DNA of 64,000 bases from Eledone cirrhosa (lineage: Eukaryota), in contig OZ024743.1 of NCBI GenBank assembly GCA_964016885.1, positions 38,688,001-38,752,000 on the forward strand, written 5' to 3'. The position numbers and the translations under genes were made by a program. The notes under the pieces are model-generated. The model saw nothing but the letters and a program-made list of their open reading frames with translations. It did no database searches and was not told the DNA's origin. Below are positions 35,880-51,569 of the stretch, piece after piece. How positions within the stretch are numbered: the first letter of the stretch is position 1; every line of letters starts with the position of its first letter.

Positions 35880-36850
35880 GACAGATGGTTCTATTAGTAG
35901 AAATGGGGGAGGGAGATGTGTGTGTGTGGGGGGGGGGGGGGTATGTTAAGTTGGAGAGGTATAAATATATTTTGTCTGTGTGTATGTTTGTAGGAAAGTG
36001 ATTCTATTAGTAGAAATGGGGGTGGGAGTTGTGTGTGTGTGGGGAGGGTGTTATGTGTGTGTATATGGGTGTTGTGTGTGTGTGTGGGAGTATGGTTAGC
36101 ACGTTAAGATGTAGAGAATATATATTTTGTGTGTGTGTGTGTAGGAATATGATTCCGTTAGTAGAAATATTTTTGAATGAACATATTTTCCTTATTTATT
36201 CGTATTTGTTCTGTTGTATTGTCAGCGCAAACGTATGTTAAGGTTTATTTAGTTCGGATTTTTATTTTCTAAAGTAGTAGGTGTTATGTGTGTGTGTATG
36301 CGTCTGTTTGGATGGTTAGCATGTTATGGTGTTGACATAATGTATATTAAATCAGATTTAATGCTGGTCTATATTTTTGAATAAACATATTTTCCTTATT
36401 TATTAGTATATGTTCTGTTGTATTGTCAGCGCAAAGGTAAAATGGGAAGACTTGGAATGTGGGTCTCATATTAGTTGCGCATATTTCTAGATGCGCGCTT
36501 AGTGGTATCTGTCTCGTGGTTGGATCTCGTAAATGTTGGCGATGAACTGTCATTCTGTTTCTGAGTGTGAGTTTAGTGTGTCCTATATAATCTTCATTGC
36601 ATCCTTTACATTTAATGACATAAAGTAGATTTTTGATGAGCAAGTGAAGTGATATTTTACCCGAGCCACTTTTTTCCATATAAAACAAGTAACATTCTAG
36701 ACCGACCAGATGTGAGAAAAACCACAGACCCTCCATCTCAACTCTACTTCTGAAAAGCAGAAGAACTGCGAAACCGGTTAAGGAACCAAATAAATATATA
36801 TATTTAAAAAAAAATAAGACTCCAGTTGCATTTTCGATTTCATCTATTTT

Positions 36851-36858
<8 letters not shown>
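35100..36858 (-). mobile_element. 5'-truncated PLE (Neptune/Penelope-type GIY-YIG) with 3' pLTR and inverted 5' pLTR
   Basis: The pLTR at 35100-35310 and its inverted copy at 36663-36858 flank an endonuclease fragment. HHR motifs lie at 35188-35225 (minus, TTGAAGA) and 36746-36783 (plus, CTGAAAA). Confidence 0.85.
36347..36660 (-). pseudogene. GIY-YIG endonuclease fragment with CCHH motif
   Basis: NLLYVIKCKGCNEDYIGHT..LRNRMTVHR..SAH..KENMFI..PALN. Confidence 0.85.
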
Positions 36859-36938
<80 letters not shown>

Positions 36939-36950
36939 CTGTGTGTGTGT

Positions 36951-36989
<39 letters not shown>

Positions 36990-37258
36990 GCCGACTGAAC
37001 TCACTCGATATGCAATTTAGGCTGCGCAGCCGTTAATAGTCATAAGGAAAGTATATACTTTCAGACGTGTATATATATAAATGGAATAGAATGAAACGAA
37101 ATTTCATTTCTCACTCTTAGGAGGGCACTTACTTAAATGTAAGTGTGTATGTGTGTATACGTACATACATATATATATACGGACGTACAGTAGTATTTAT
37201 ATATATACATACATGCACACATATATACATGCACATCTCGGTATATATACATATACAT

Positions 37259-37410
37259 GTTGTTATTTTAAATATATATTATATATCTTATATATTTGAT
37301 ATATATTTACACTTATCGAGCCCTCTTTGGATTCTAGTCTTCAAATTTATTAGTATTACTATATGTATATATATATATATATATATATACATATATATAT
37401 AAACACACAC

Positions 37411-37489
<79 letters not shown>

Positions 37490-37519
37490 TATGTATATAT
37501 ACATATATATGTGTGTGTT

Positions 37520-37553
<34 letters not shown>

Positions 37554-37665
37554 TATACATATAGTAATACTAATAAATTTGAAGACTAAAATCCAAAGAG
37601 GGCTCGATAATTGTAAATATATATCAAATATATAAGATATATAATATATATTTAAAATAACAACA
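37259..37665. repeat. Inverted repeat of about 200-bp arms, including a mirrored microsatellite
   Basis: 37261-37364 is the reverse complement of about 37558-37662. The internal (TA)/(CA) tracts are also mirrored. Confidence 0.85.
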
Positions 37666-38210
37666 GAATGTCGGAGTGGTGGATATGCTGTAAAACACAG
37701 CATATCTTCCAGTCCAGTCTTCTGTTGTCGTTGTAAATATGATGGTTGCAAACTCTGCTTAGATTATTGCAATCACTTGTCAGATTATAGTGTTGTGCAT
37801 AAGCCTGTAACATACCTGAATAAGCAATGCCTGTGCTCTGAAGGTTTTTTAAGTGGCGAAAGGCCTTGCACCCAACTAATCCCACATCGCTGAGCATCCA
37901 AAACACTACCAGTAAAGGAGTACTGGTCAACATCATCGGATGCTTCCAAAGCTGCAGGTTTATTTTCACAGTTTCCCTCTCCTAGAAAGGTGTTGTGACA
38001 AAAGAGAAAAAAATACTATTTGGATGGCCGTTGACTCTGCTGAGCTTCTCCGCCCTTTGTCGGGTCTTGTATTTCATCCATCATGTTGTTCAAATATCAT
38101 CCTCGTCACCAAAAAAGATTTATAGGGTTGTCAGTTTAGTCGTCGACGACACCGACCATGAAACAGGTTGTACTGGGTTACATGTTACCAGTAGGACTGG
38201 AGAGTGACCT
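37666..38210 (-). mobile_element. Possible highly degenerate RLE-type non-LTR retrotransposon 3' end
   Basis: Weak remnants TRPD and VG..GCKAF resemble the RPD..EVGCRGF motifs. Confidence 0.3.
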
Positions 38211-38301
38211 GATATTTTGAGTATATATGTATATATATATGTATATACAATGAAAATGTGAAACATAACATGGTCAACAATACAAACAAGGAAATTATTT
38301 A

Positions 38302-38410
38302 CACTGTAACAATTGTTTCCGTGATAGAGATGTCTAGGAATTGCTAAACACTGAAGGCAGTGGCTCTCAATTTAAAATATATGCAACTTTTATCATTTCA
38401 TCAGAGACTA
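38302..38410 (-). ncRNA. Degenerate long-helix-II hammerhead inside a long inverted repeat (about 38250-38465)
   Basis: CTGATGA-aaTGATA..TATCAcg-GAAA-CAATTG-TT. Helix I is imperfect. The outer stem is TAACATGGTCAACA/TGTTGACCATGTTA. Confidence 0.5.
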
Positions 38411-38661
38411 ATAGAAATAAATTTCTTTCTTTGTACTGTTGACCATGTTATTCTTCACTTTTACAATTTTATCACTCCAAGATATACTTACATGGAAATA
38501 CAAGTGAAGTGATAAACTAGCCATCCACATAAACCTCTGGTTGAGTCACACAACGCCGTACGGTTAAACTATCCATAATAAGTAGTTTTCACATCCTATT
38601 ATCGGATCGCCTTTAACGATATATTGTTTTCCCCTCTCTCTCTCTCTCTCTCTCTCTCTCG

Positions 38662-38713
<52 letters not shown>

Positions 38714-38721
38714 TATTATAT

Positions 38722-38809
38722 ATAACGAAGGAAATGTGGTAAGGAACCAGGTGGACCATAACGCACCAAAGTACTCAATACTTGAGGTAGTAGAGTGGGT
38801 AATAGGAAT
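38722..38809 (-). mobile_element. Solo 3' tail fragment of the Naiad pLTR
   Basis: Near-identical to 4443-4529. Confidence 0.9.
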
Positions 38810-38860
38810 ATATATATATATCTATATATATATATCTATATATATATATATATATCTATA

Positions 38861-38915
<55 letters not shown>

Positions 38916-38932
38916 ATCTATCTATACATATA

Positions 38933-39031
<99 letters not shown>

Positions 39032-39244
39032 ATATTTGGGGAGGGTCATATTTGCGTAATATTGCCAGAATTAATAACAGAACACACTCACTGTTTGGTT
39101 GGTTTTCGCTTCTCGCTGTCTTTTATATATATATATCTGCGATCTAACTTACTCTGTCCTCAATGTTGCCATTGACTGACCGGCGGTCAAAAATAATACA
39201 GATACAATATAGACACAAACACATATATATAGTTTACATAATTT

Positions 39245-39284
39245 ACATAAATCTTTCGTTGCACATCTGCAACATCGTCAGTGG
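39245..39284 (-). ncRNA. Type I hammerhead with the same architecture as 29606-29650
   Basis: CCA-CTGACGA-t-GTTGCA(gatg)TGCAAC-GAAA-GATT-TA-TGT. Both islands share TTTGGG(G)AGGGTCAT. Confidence 0.65.
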
Positions 39285-39840
39285 TGTTATATTCATTGTT
39301 CCTCCTGTTGTGTTGTATGTCTACGCCATTTTTTTTGTTGTTCAGACACACGATTTCATATAAAAAACCTCGCAAAACTAATTCATCGCCGCTATCTATC
39401 TATCTATATATATATATATATATTTGTTTGTTTTTAACAATTCCGCGTAAGCTTTTATTCATTATCCTGAAGATAATGCAACATTTGAATTGATTTAGAA
39501 TTCGGCGTGTACGTTTTAAATTAATGTGAATATTTAGATTCATTTTTTTCTTCATTAAATTAATTTGCCCCAAAATATATGTATATCCATCGCATTTCTA
39601 GTACCAGCATATTATCAGGACGACTCTACATTTAGGTGTGTATGAAAATACAGATATCAATCAGTTGCGTTTCTTTTTTTTATCTTATATAATTCCTGAG
39701 AGTGCTCGCAGTTAAGCTTACTTTCCCTTTTTTCTCTTGACTACTTTTATCCGGGAAATATCAATATACAATAAAGTATTCTTTTCGCCTAGAAGTGATT
39801 TTAAAGTATCCTACCGATAATTATATGTATATATATATAT

Positions 39841-39934
<94 letters not shown>

Positions 39935-41471
39935 GTATGTATGCATGTATGTATGCATGTATGTATGTATGTATGTATGTATGTATGTATGTATGTATGT
40001 ATGTATGTATGTATATATATATGTATGTATATTCATACATAAGCAGAGACATAATGTTTACATTTTCGAAACAAGATATTGAACACCTTACCCATTATCT
40101 TCGTGTAAACACAAAAACATGGGAAGAGAATATCAAACATTTTGGCCGAAAAACTATGGATGTATACAATAAAAGGCGCAGAAAGGAAAAGTAACATTAT
40201 TATAAATAACAGTGAGGGAAATACAAAAAAGTAAAAACTCCAATAACGTTAGGAATTGCATCTGTTTCACCATGTTCATAAATATGGGCCAATGATATGC
40301 AGCAGCAATAACAACGATGCTAATGACAAAAACAAACATCAATACCAGCTAGTTGAAGATCAACTCTATCAATATGGGAGAGTTGTTTAATTTATTTCAT
40401 CTCGTTCAGAGCAAACGTGAGCTAAAATATCACTGCTTTGAAGCATTATCGATCAACGTAAGCAGATATCTGTAAGACTATATTACATCGAGGGTTCCAT
40501 TGTATTCATTAAAACGTTGTGCAATTATGCTATCGCACAATACACCTAAATGCATTCTCTCATAATCTCCATTAATGGTTATCGTTTGATAAAAAAGAAG
40601 CATTTTGTAAAGTTATTGAAAGCTAGGAATCGTTAGATGAAGCAGAAATGGACATATTGTTGATGAAAGTTGGTTAATGTTTGTATTTATCACCAATGCC
40701 TTTGGTAACAATAGAATAATAAGTGGGATTTTTGTAATTAATGCTTTAGAAGCGTCGTTCTAAACGAAAACAAATGTGGATAAGACATGCTTATGATTTT
40801 AAGAAGCCGTATAAAGGAACATTAATATGCCATTATCTAACATTTCCTACTTACGTTTGTAGAAATAATTTTGGTGCAACCAATTGGAATCAACTGAAAC
40901 AAATTTGCGACCAACACTTTTAGAAAGTATACGATGTATATCTATTAATATCTCTGTCATTTGGCGTATCCCTAGAAAGCAACCTATAAAGGAGAAAAAG
41001 AAATAATTTGGTATTAGTATTTGGATGAAATATTTTTATATAGCATCATACTAGAATTTCAGCGTTGATTTTATCCCAACCTCATTTTAACTTTAATTAC
41101 TAAGGCCATAGACGTTCCTGTGGGAATATGTCTCGTGACCTTCTTTAATTCAGATTAAAATTTTACGTAATACGTATTACAACGTACACATTTCCTGATT
41201 TATTTCAGGTGAGTAGGGAAAGATTTAATGGCAATAGGTATGGTATTTCTATGAGCCAGAGCCATATTTGAGTTAGTATACATGATGAAAGACCAATACA
41301 TATGGGAATAAGCCTTGATTTAGCAAATGCGGTGTAATACAACATTAAGAATCGATTACAGTTTATATGTCAATTTATTTACTGCTTTGAAAACCATAGT
41401 AGCAATATTGCAATGTATTTAGTTATTAAATCGATTCATCAATATAGACATCACTAACGTGTGTCCAGACG

Positions 41472-41509
<38 letters not shown>

Positions 41510-43247
41510 GCACTTGTCTGTGTAAGTTGCATTATATATATATAGATCTTCAAAGTACACCATGAAGCATTAGGTCAATTGCCTGAGATAATATATTTTG
41601 TCATAAATTTAAATCTACTCACGTCTCATTGCAATATACCCAAAAAATCCTTTGATAAGATATTTTAGTATAGTAAATCGTTCATATTTACGTTAGCCTT
41701 TCGTTTCTTAGATTGTTGTCAGTTCATTTTATCGTTTATTCAAGAAACGACCATTTCGATGATAGGTGCGTTAGAAAGAACGTATCTTCACGCTGGAAAC
41801 CTGACACAAATATTTACAATAGCCTCATGTGCATGGTTGGGGACTATGGATGCTATTGAGTAAATATAAAAGGTAGGGAATTACCCTTCAATTCCCTAAA
41901 GTCAAAATAGTTGATGCCCGAACATGATGTAGAAAATAATTATAGAAATAATTATGTAAGGTAACTATGGTGCTTTTACTAGGACCGTATATTTCTATGG
42001 GGTTACTGATACTCTCTCCTCATTATGAACTGACGAGACGCAGGTAACATATTGAACATTGCTACAGCATTATGCTAGGTACACATACATAGGTGTAAAA
42101 TGTACACAACAATAACAATATGAGAGGTTTTGCCACAACGCACGCAATGGCGTTTAATAAGGCAATCTTTGCTAAGAATGTTCACTATATTTCCAACACA
42201 GATCAACACTCTTCTATATCTGCTTCCAAATACATTACCAGTGCGTGAGGTTGTAAATCGTCTCATATCTTCCCTTACTCCAACGACTATGTGATCAAAG
42301 CAATCTCCAGACAGATTATTCTGATGATCACCGATAGTACGAGATTTAAAACTTCTAGCAGCCTGGGAACGCTATTCCTAACATCTGACTTCAGCTTGCT
42401 CCATTCTCTATGCTGATATCCAAATTCGTAACGTACTCTTAAGTTAGATTACTACAATAATATTTTACTTACTCAAAGAATATTTTAAAACTCCATTAAG
42501 GAATATATGCTCCGGCAACTTACACGATTGAAAATCATTCTGTGTAGCAAGATTTCAACTGATATTGAAAATTAAAAGAAATATATCCGTTGTATGGGTT
42601 TCCCATTGCTTTCATCTATTAACATATGTATTTGTTCCTATTTCCAAATAATTAATCTTTTGCAAATTCGGCCTAGATTCATTCTTTAAAGCATTGTCAT
42701 GTTATCCCGCGAGCTTCAACTACTTTTTGCGTCAATTTTTCTAGAACAGTCTTCACATGTGATTGTGTGTATGTTAAATACATTTTAGAGGACAGTCAAG
42801 ACATGAATAAATAAAAAAATGGATATTTATGTAATATTACAAACTACCTCTGATAAGACTCCAACTTACCCCTCACACGCACACCGTGCTAATGGAAATA
42901 TTATCATTATTATTATTGTAATTGTTGTCACCATTTTCATTACGTTACCACATGACACTCTGCACCCGAACGGAGAAAGGAATAAATCGCTATTTTGATA
43001 CACAAACATACTCACACACATACGCATATACACGCAACTAACTACTCACGAACAAATAAAAGAAAATATTTGTGCACCCGGCTACTTACTGAACCATAAG
43101 AATCCAACGAATATATGCTCCCACATATATATATATATATATATATATATACACTCCCACATATATATACACACACACTGCCACTTACTATTATTGTTCA
43201 TTTTGCTGATTGCTTCGTTACTATTATAGATGTCATTATGATATTGG

Positions 43248-43420
43248 TATGGGGAGAGTGTCGGAAGCCATGCTTTCCAACATAGTTACGTCCCTTAACG
43301 ATCTGAGTTCTAATCCCGCTGAGGTTGACTTTGCCTTTCATCCTTACGGGGTCGATAAAATAAAGTACCAGTAATGCACTGGGTAATTGCTGGCCTTGTG
43401 CCAACAGTAGAAACATTTAT
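43248..43420 (+). mobile_element. SINE with Meta-domain-like core (related copies at about 48680-48810 minus, 58970-59060 plus, 59120-59295 plus, 61790-61915 minus, 63785-63850 plus)
   Basis: B-box-like GAGTTC(A/T)AATCCC followed by TTTGCCTTTCATCCTT.CGGGGTCGATAAAATAAAGTACCAGT, dispersed in several copies. Confidence 0.8.
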
Positions 43421-46400
43421 GATATTGATGTTAATGGTATTAATAACGATTTTTATTATCATTATTTTTTGTATTATTGTTAATTTTATTCGGGGGTAGT
43501 AGAAAACAAAAGCTAGCTACACACACAAAGATACACACAAACACACCTACAAATAATTGAAAAAGATTCCTGTACTTCTTTTAATTTTAGAACAATAAGA
43601 ACTGCTATTGATTATTGAACACAACACGCATGAATTGTTACTGTCCATATTCACTAAACTGTGACAATCGTGTTTATTGGCACGAAAGTACAGCAAAATC
43701 CGATGCCTTCAGCCTATGGAATTATACTTTATACTTGAGTCACATTTCTGTCAAGACCTGAGAGAACCATGGCAGTCCTGACATTTGGCGCGATATTACC
43801 AAACCTTTTGATGCATTATCAAGTCATCTTCCATAACATGAAATTGTACGTCAAATATGTAGCAATCTGATCCAAATGTTGGCATAAACAAGAAAAACAT
43901 TCCTAACATCATTAGATACGAGCTACATGTCCGCATAACCACACATTTCTCGATACCTTACCTTTCGAAAATCATAAAACTTGTGAAACCAGTATAGACA
44001 AGAATTATTATAAATAAACCTTCTTAAAATATCCAATAGAATTCGAAAACTCAATGTTCCTACGTTTATATATATATATAATGTGTATATAGATATAGAT
44101 ATAGATATAGAAAAGGATTGTAGCATGTGTGTATATGAATTTTCAAAGTAATTGTAGGAATATCAAACGCGGAAGTAGCTGTAACACAGCTCATTATCTA
44201 TAGTAAAAGTGTGATGAAAATATAACCTCATAAGCTTGGAAGAACGTCAGATAAGGAAGCTGATTAGATGATTATAAAGCTATAGTTCTTTGTTTCTCTT
44301 TTTGTCACACTTTTCATCATTTCTCTACTTCTATTTCTCCTTGGTAACACCCCAACCCCACCCCAATATATATTTCCTCCAATGATCTCATTCCAGTATT
44401 TCTTCATTTTTCTAAATATACAATTATCTCATTTATCATCATATGCTATATGTTCTCTCTTCTTTCATTCCCCCTCCCCCCATTGTATCATACTTATTTC
44501 GCCTGGAAGAGTGCGTGCTGAACATTTTCCTCGTTCGGCGCACATCTTGGTCAGGTCCGTCTGACTGCACTTCCGTGACTGTAGAAATTACCTCGAACCA
44601 GCAGTGTTCAGCGGTAGTACTGCCAAGCGAGGGAAATCTAGAGTTATCCACAGTCCCTCTCTCGAATGTTTTTCGGAACAGTCTAGTCAGTTGGATTTGT
44701 TTGACGACCAGCGCCAATTCGTGAGGCACTTGCCCACTATAACCTATATAAAACTCAAGACAGGGATATCCACTGACATTATTGCCCATCTGGTAGAGAA
44801 CAGTGAGCGTCTGGCAACATTCCAGATGTTAAGCCCCGTGCACAAGGATTGTAGATTCAAATACAACCATATGCATTTTCTGCAAATAAAATAATAATAT
44901 AACGGATTGGTTTTTCGATCTGTTACATGATTTATTACTAGAAAAAAATCAACCTTCACATAATTGCCCCCTTATATACATAATCAAGAAACGTCAACAC
45001 AAATATAATTTGACACCCTTCAAAGGGGTAGCTATATACCTTAAACTTGCCCCATATTCTGAACAATTATCAGAATATTATCAGAGAGAATGAAACCAAA
45101 TGTTTCTAGTAAACATCTGTATATAACCCATATAAATTTGAAAATAATAGATAAACACTTTCATATTCTTAGAAGTGTTCAGAATATACCATAGATTATG
45201 CTTTCACATATGTTCTTTCTTAAAACTTTAACGTCAGTACAACATATGTGGAATTCCAACATTTATAGGTATAAAGCGGGCAAAAACAAAATACACTCCG
45301 ATACATTGTCGTCTATAATATTCTAAAAATTACATAAGTTATACGAACGAGCGTTGAGGTTTAATGTGTATTGTTGTAGCAATCTTTTTCGTACATGGTG
45401 GTAAAATGGTAGTGTTGTTAGAATGAGGGATAACACGCATTGCTCCATGTCAACATTGCACTTCTTTCTCTCGTTAAGGGAAAATAAAGTAGTAGTTAAA
45501 ATGGCAGAGAAACTTTTAACCATCTCTCTCTCTCTGGTATTTTGTTTCCATTGATGTTTGGTTTGACGTCGTATATTGGGAAGATTTTCATTGTAAACAA
45601 TGTATCATATGCCTTCTTTTTTCAATACACAAGTGATGCAATATTATTGCCCACAGTTGTATATGTTAACGTCTGCTTGCGTATACACAATACTATTATA
45701 TATATATATACTCGTATATATACGAAATGATGATGACGATGATAATGATGATGATATATATACAGTTAAATTGTCACGTCAAAAAGGGAATACGCTTTAC
45801 AGAGTAGTGTGTAAAATGAGTGCATCTCATACACCGTACAATACAGTATGCAGTGATTAAGGAATAGATGGAGAACGTGCATAGATGTACAGATAAGATT
45901 TCATGACTGCTTTTAACCACGAGTGAGGCAAATTTATTAGAACCACGCAAGAAATATTGTCCATACTACCTTATTGATAGACTCGATATTAACTCATTCC
46001 GAACGCATTTTTGTGCTTACAACGATTTAGGCATCGTTGCGTGAAATCAAGTTGTCGATGGACCAACGCAATCAGAGACTTCTAAACCAATTGAATATGT
46101 TTCTTACCATCATAAATATATGGAGTACAAAGCCTCATACTGTTTCATACCAATATATTTTTCAATTTAAATAACTGGAGAACATACCTCATGACAAAGT
46201 ATGATGCATAAAATGCATCAAATTGAATAATGTATCAGTTTCTGTGGCATAAAGTATTATAATAGAATACATTCCTTGAATTAGTGCTGATATTTTCATA
46301 AAAATGTGTGAGTTGTTAGAATATATTTGATCTTTGATCATGCTCAGATATATTTTCATAAATGTACATATTTTTTTTATTACGTTTCAATTTTCTTTAT

Positions 46401-47157
46401 ATTTTTGGTTCATACTGTTATGTAACTTATATACTTATATTATCATGAGCGTTGTATCTCAAAAGGAAATCGATTCGTGTTGAAGTATTATTTTCTCTTG
46501 GAATCTGCTCGCGCCTTCCGTGTTTAGCCCTCATAAAATCAGTGAAATATTCGTCTTTTCACAAGATTTAGAATTTCTTTATAAAATTAGAAATCACTTT
46601 GATGAAGTTTACCCATTGATTTTACGTCTATTTTTTATTCAAACATGTATTTTTTATTTTTATTTTTATTTTACTATTGAGGGAAGCAACAGAATAACTT
46701 CACCGTGTGATATAGAATTCTGGTGGCAAGAAAATGTACTTAATTACTTTTACAAGTAACTTTTACCAAACATAACTGTCACGAAGACACGGACTACTAG
46801 AGATTTTGGTGTCTGTATTGCCAATGCTATGTACGTTTGTTATCGAAGAATATTGCTGTTTCATAGTATCTAGCTCCCAAGCTATTCATTATCAACTAAT
46901 TCAAAGGAAAAATAAAACGAATACATCTCTCTGTTTCATAAACAGCGTGGTTTCATCACGCGATATATCACACACTTGCCCGTGTGCTTTCATTGGATAC
47001 TTTTGTTAATGATGCGTTGTTATACACCAATGTTAACGTGAAGTCCAAATGCACACATACACATACACACACATACACACACACACATGCACAAACACAC
47101 ACACACACATGTATTTCAACACATACACTTTCACATATATCCGACACAATTTACATG

Positions 47158-47423
<266 letters not shown>

Positions 47424-47989
47424 TATATGTATATATTTTATGATATATATATATATATATTGAATTTATATTCTAATTCTGCGATTAAACAAGGTAAGGT
47501 TGTCAGCAGGGATGATGATGATGATAATAATGAGAAGAAGAAGAAGAAATAATACTATATATATATAGAAATACATATGTATATATGTGTGTGTGTGTGT
47601 GTGTGTACGTGTATATATATATATATGTGTGTATGTGTGTGTAAGTGTATGTGTATGAGAGAGAGTGTGAGAGGGTGGGGATAGAAAGAGAAATAAATAG
47701 ATAATGATGTCTACATTTTAGCAAGGACTATGTGTTATAAATCGTCTATGTAAAAAATGCGTATTTGCTCACCTTGTCAAGACTTAGGCATTAATTAATA
47801 TTAATTAATATTGATCACTTAACAGGTAACCCTCCTTTACATATTACAATATTACCCGCAGTGACCTAGACGCATGTATATCTCCAAAACCAGTGGAAAC
47901 ACTTGAACAATTCAAACATTATGAAAGTATGTTCCCAAATATTATATTATTATATATTATGTATTATGTCTTTTGGTTTTTATAGCAGC

Positions 47990-48120
47990 AGTTGAAAATT
48001 CAGTCCCGCTGCGTGGCATCTTTGGTATTTGTCCCTTACTACAGTCTTTGGGTAACCAATGCCATGTGAGTTGACTTTGGTAATCAGAAACTACAGAAGC
48101 CTGACTTCTGTAAATGTATA
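47990..48120 (+). mobile_element. Degenerate SINE of a second family
   Basis: TTCAGTCCCGCTGCGTGGCA..GCCATGTGAGT..TTTGGTA..GAAACT..AGAAGCC resembles octopus tRNA-derived SINE bodies (recognised from memory). Confidence 0.5.
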
Positions 48121-50311
48121 TGTATTTGAGCCCATGTCTGTGCTTTCGTTTGTGCCTATCTGAATTTTTCTCCCGTATCTTTGTTGCTAAAGAAAAAGAG
48201 ATCGATAAAGCAAGTTCCATATTTACAGGATTCCGTATGATGAATGAATTCAAAGCAAGGTTTTTGTACGAATTCTCTGGGATATTTCTGAATTATATTG
48301 TCGTTTATCGATTAATGATTAATATACCAGTTTGATTTTTTTATTTATTTCTCTTTTCATTTAATCCTTGGATATAAAGCAAGCAGCTATCTAAGTGACG
48401 ACTATGACGGGGTATATAGGTTATGCACACATTTATAGAATGGAAAATATTAGGTTTTGTTGTATTGTACTATGATACCATATTACCTCAATCCCAATTG
48501 AGAAGATGTATTGCTCAAATTGTTGGGCCATATTACTCGAGAAAATAAAAACGAACCTATGCCGTTCTGGCAGATGATTATACTAGGTTTTAGATTAACA
48601 GAAAAACCTAGTCGTGGAATGTACGTGCATATACCTGAACATCCTACAGACGCATGCATCCTTAATATAATTGTTTCTACTATAGGCACAAAGCCAGCAA
48701 TACTTTTGCGAGGGGAAAGTCGATTACATCGACCCCAGTACGTTACTGATACTCTATTTCATCCATAAAGATGAAAGGCAAGCCTAACCTAGACAGGATT
48801 TGAACTCAGTCTAAGTCAATCCAGCATAACGCAGTGAAATAACTCCCAACCTCTAAAAACCCAGACGGGGAGTTCCATTAAAAAAGGTGCCTCAAAACGG
48901 AGATAAATGAGGCAACATGGAGAGATTTTACATAATGAAAATTATACCCATTTTCACAGTGGAAGATATCTACCCCTCTTTAAAGTGGCGGGGTGATATC
49001 CCGATCGAATGGGGAGAGGTGGCAGGTCTGCAGTGATTATAAGTACAGTTTATCTGACGGGTTTCCAAAGAGCTTCCTACAAATCAGCTTTACTTAAAAG
49101 GACTGCGTCGATTAAAGACTTTGGTACCTAACACACACGTCCGTTGGAATGAATTTGGAATAGTATGACTGTGAAGCAAAAATGCTGAAGTGTGATTATA
49201 CGGAAATGGGACTGCTTTTTCTAGCATGATATTCAACTAGAGAGAGCCTCTCGTTCAAATATTATTCTTCAATGACCGTGTTAGTAACATTTCAATTGCG
49301 CATTCAACATGATATTTATATCGACTCTCCCTAATATGCAATCAAATATTCGAATGTCACACTTACATAAAAGCTAATTGTCTTCTCGATATGCAGCAAC
49401 ACCTATCAGGTATCTGGATTATAATCCTCAGTTTATGCAGCAAATTATTAACAGGTTATTTTCTTCAGGTAACTCGCATAATATATGATCCAGTGAGGGT
49501 AATGTTACTAATTACAGATTGCAATATATTGTTATGAAATCGATTCTTCATTAATAACTATACAGCCGGCGAGTGAGAACATATGACATGCATTATTTTC
49601 TACGTTTCCCTAATATGGACGAAATACAATTACGTACAATATACGGATATGATAATTGTTAAATTAATTAAAATAATGAAAGAAAAGTATTTAAAAGTGA
49701 ATTACATTACAAAGTAAAAAAGGAAATATACACTTTGTTATACGAAAATAAATATGACCATCGCTGATTAATGTAATAATGCACAGGTTCTTACTAGATC
49801 ATTTGGGTATTGAATTATTGATGCTTCTATGTAAAAGATGTATGTATTTTGCTGGTTATTAGTCAATTATATACATTATCTCATTGGAGAATTTATCGGG
49901 AACAGCTATACTAGTTTCAATTCAGTATTGGGATTTCATTAGTAACTATGCTTTTCGAAAAACTGTTTCGATACCAACTAAACAATATCCCATTGTTTAA
50001 AGGGATTCCTCTCCAGAAACACAGGAGAAATGAGGAAAAACAAAGTGCATTAATATTTTCATTAAACAAACACTAAATATTATATTGTATGTGTGGTACT
50101 GAATACGATTTCTAGCGATTCTTTTGGACAATGAAAGAAAAATTTCCGGGATAAATTTTGAATCAGAAATGACAATTTCTTATAAAGTTGAACAAACTAA
50201 CCGAAACAAAGCAACATTAAAAGACTTATATCACATTCCATTAACTGATGCTGTTAACGATACGAATCCCATATATTTATTATATATATATATATATATG
50301 TAAATATATAT

Positions 50312-50920
50312 AATTATAATAAAATATAAAAGAAAATCGAATACAGATATATAGATATATGCGTTCAAATCGTAAGGGACCTGATTCACTAAAGGGAAAA
50401 GAATTCTAACTATAGACAATTGGGTTCGCCTGTCTCAATATGAGAAAAAATTAAGAAAATAAATACAAGCTGCAATTGTGGTAAATACCAATCACCTAAA
50501 CAACTTGTTGTTGTTTCGCAAATTTAATTGTCAATAGAAATACTAATCCAAGCTCATCAGTGGGTAATAAATTACTATCCTAGGCACATCTATGTATGCT
50601 ATAAACAAAAAATAAAACACCGCACATGGCATCCTACCGAGTCTCACAAACCCTCACAACTAAAAATTGCAGCCAGGTTTACTCAACAATTGCAATAACC
50701 CAACAAATTAACGGAGCCGAATATATTAAATGTATAAATTGAGTTAGGAACTCAAAATAGTCTCTTAGAACAAAATAGCTCTAAGAAGAGATATTTCTAA
50801 GCCCTATATTATAATAGAATATAAAAGAAAAGCGAACACAGATATATAGATATATAATCTTAAGGGATCTGATTCGATAAGGTGAAGAGAATACTAACTA
50901 TAGACAATTGGTTTCGCTTA
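50312..50920 (-). mobile_element. Diverged 1.2-unit repeat (period about 495 bp) containing a hammerhead at 50491-50568
   Basis: Direct repeat about 50312-50430 vs 50808-50920. HHR: ATTACCCA-CTGATGA-GC..GC-GAAA-CAAC(aacaa)GTTG-TT-TAGGTGAT. Confidence 0.65.
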
Positions 50921-50980
50921 TATATGTCCAGAAATAGCCGTCGAAACGGCTTGAGCTCTGCCATCGGTGTCATACTTGTT

Positions 50981-51032
<52 letters not shown>

Positions 51033-51050
51033 CATGTGTGGGTGTGTGTG

Positions 51051-51112
<62 letters not shown>

Positions 51113-51114
51113 TG

Positions 51115-51223
<109 letters not shown>

Positions 51224-51272
51224 ATATATATATATGTATGATTATATATATGTATGTATGTATATATATATG

Positions 51273-51332
<60 letters not shown>

Positions 51333-51569
51333 CGCATATATATATATATATATATGTATCCGGGAGAGATGACCCCTTAGCCTTTGTCCAGGCAGAATTC
51401 TAGGAGAAGGAAAACTCTGATGGTATCCAATGATGTTGACTTGTTCTTCTTTTTGGTAAATATCATCTTGGTTAAGGGAGTGGGACTGGCTTTGTGCAGT
51501 GCCTTTGCTCACTATAAAAGCTTCACGGCACAGGCATTGCTTTATATCTGGAGATTTCTATGCACTTGT

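Noticed and set aside
37575-37620. TTGAAGA..GATA in the 37.3-37.7 kb palindrome (and TTGAAGA at about 57360) as hammerheads
   Set aside because: GAAA is absent and the helices are unconvincing.
48830-49032. Possible hAT-type MITE with terminal inverted repeats
   Set aside because: The termini are too degenerate and I could not identify a target-site duplication.
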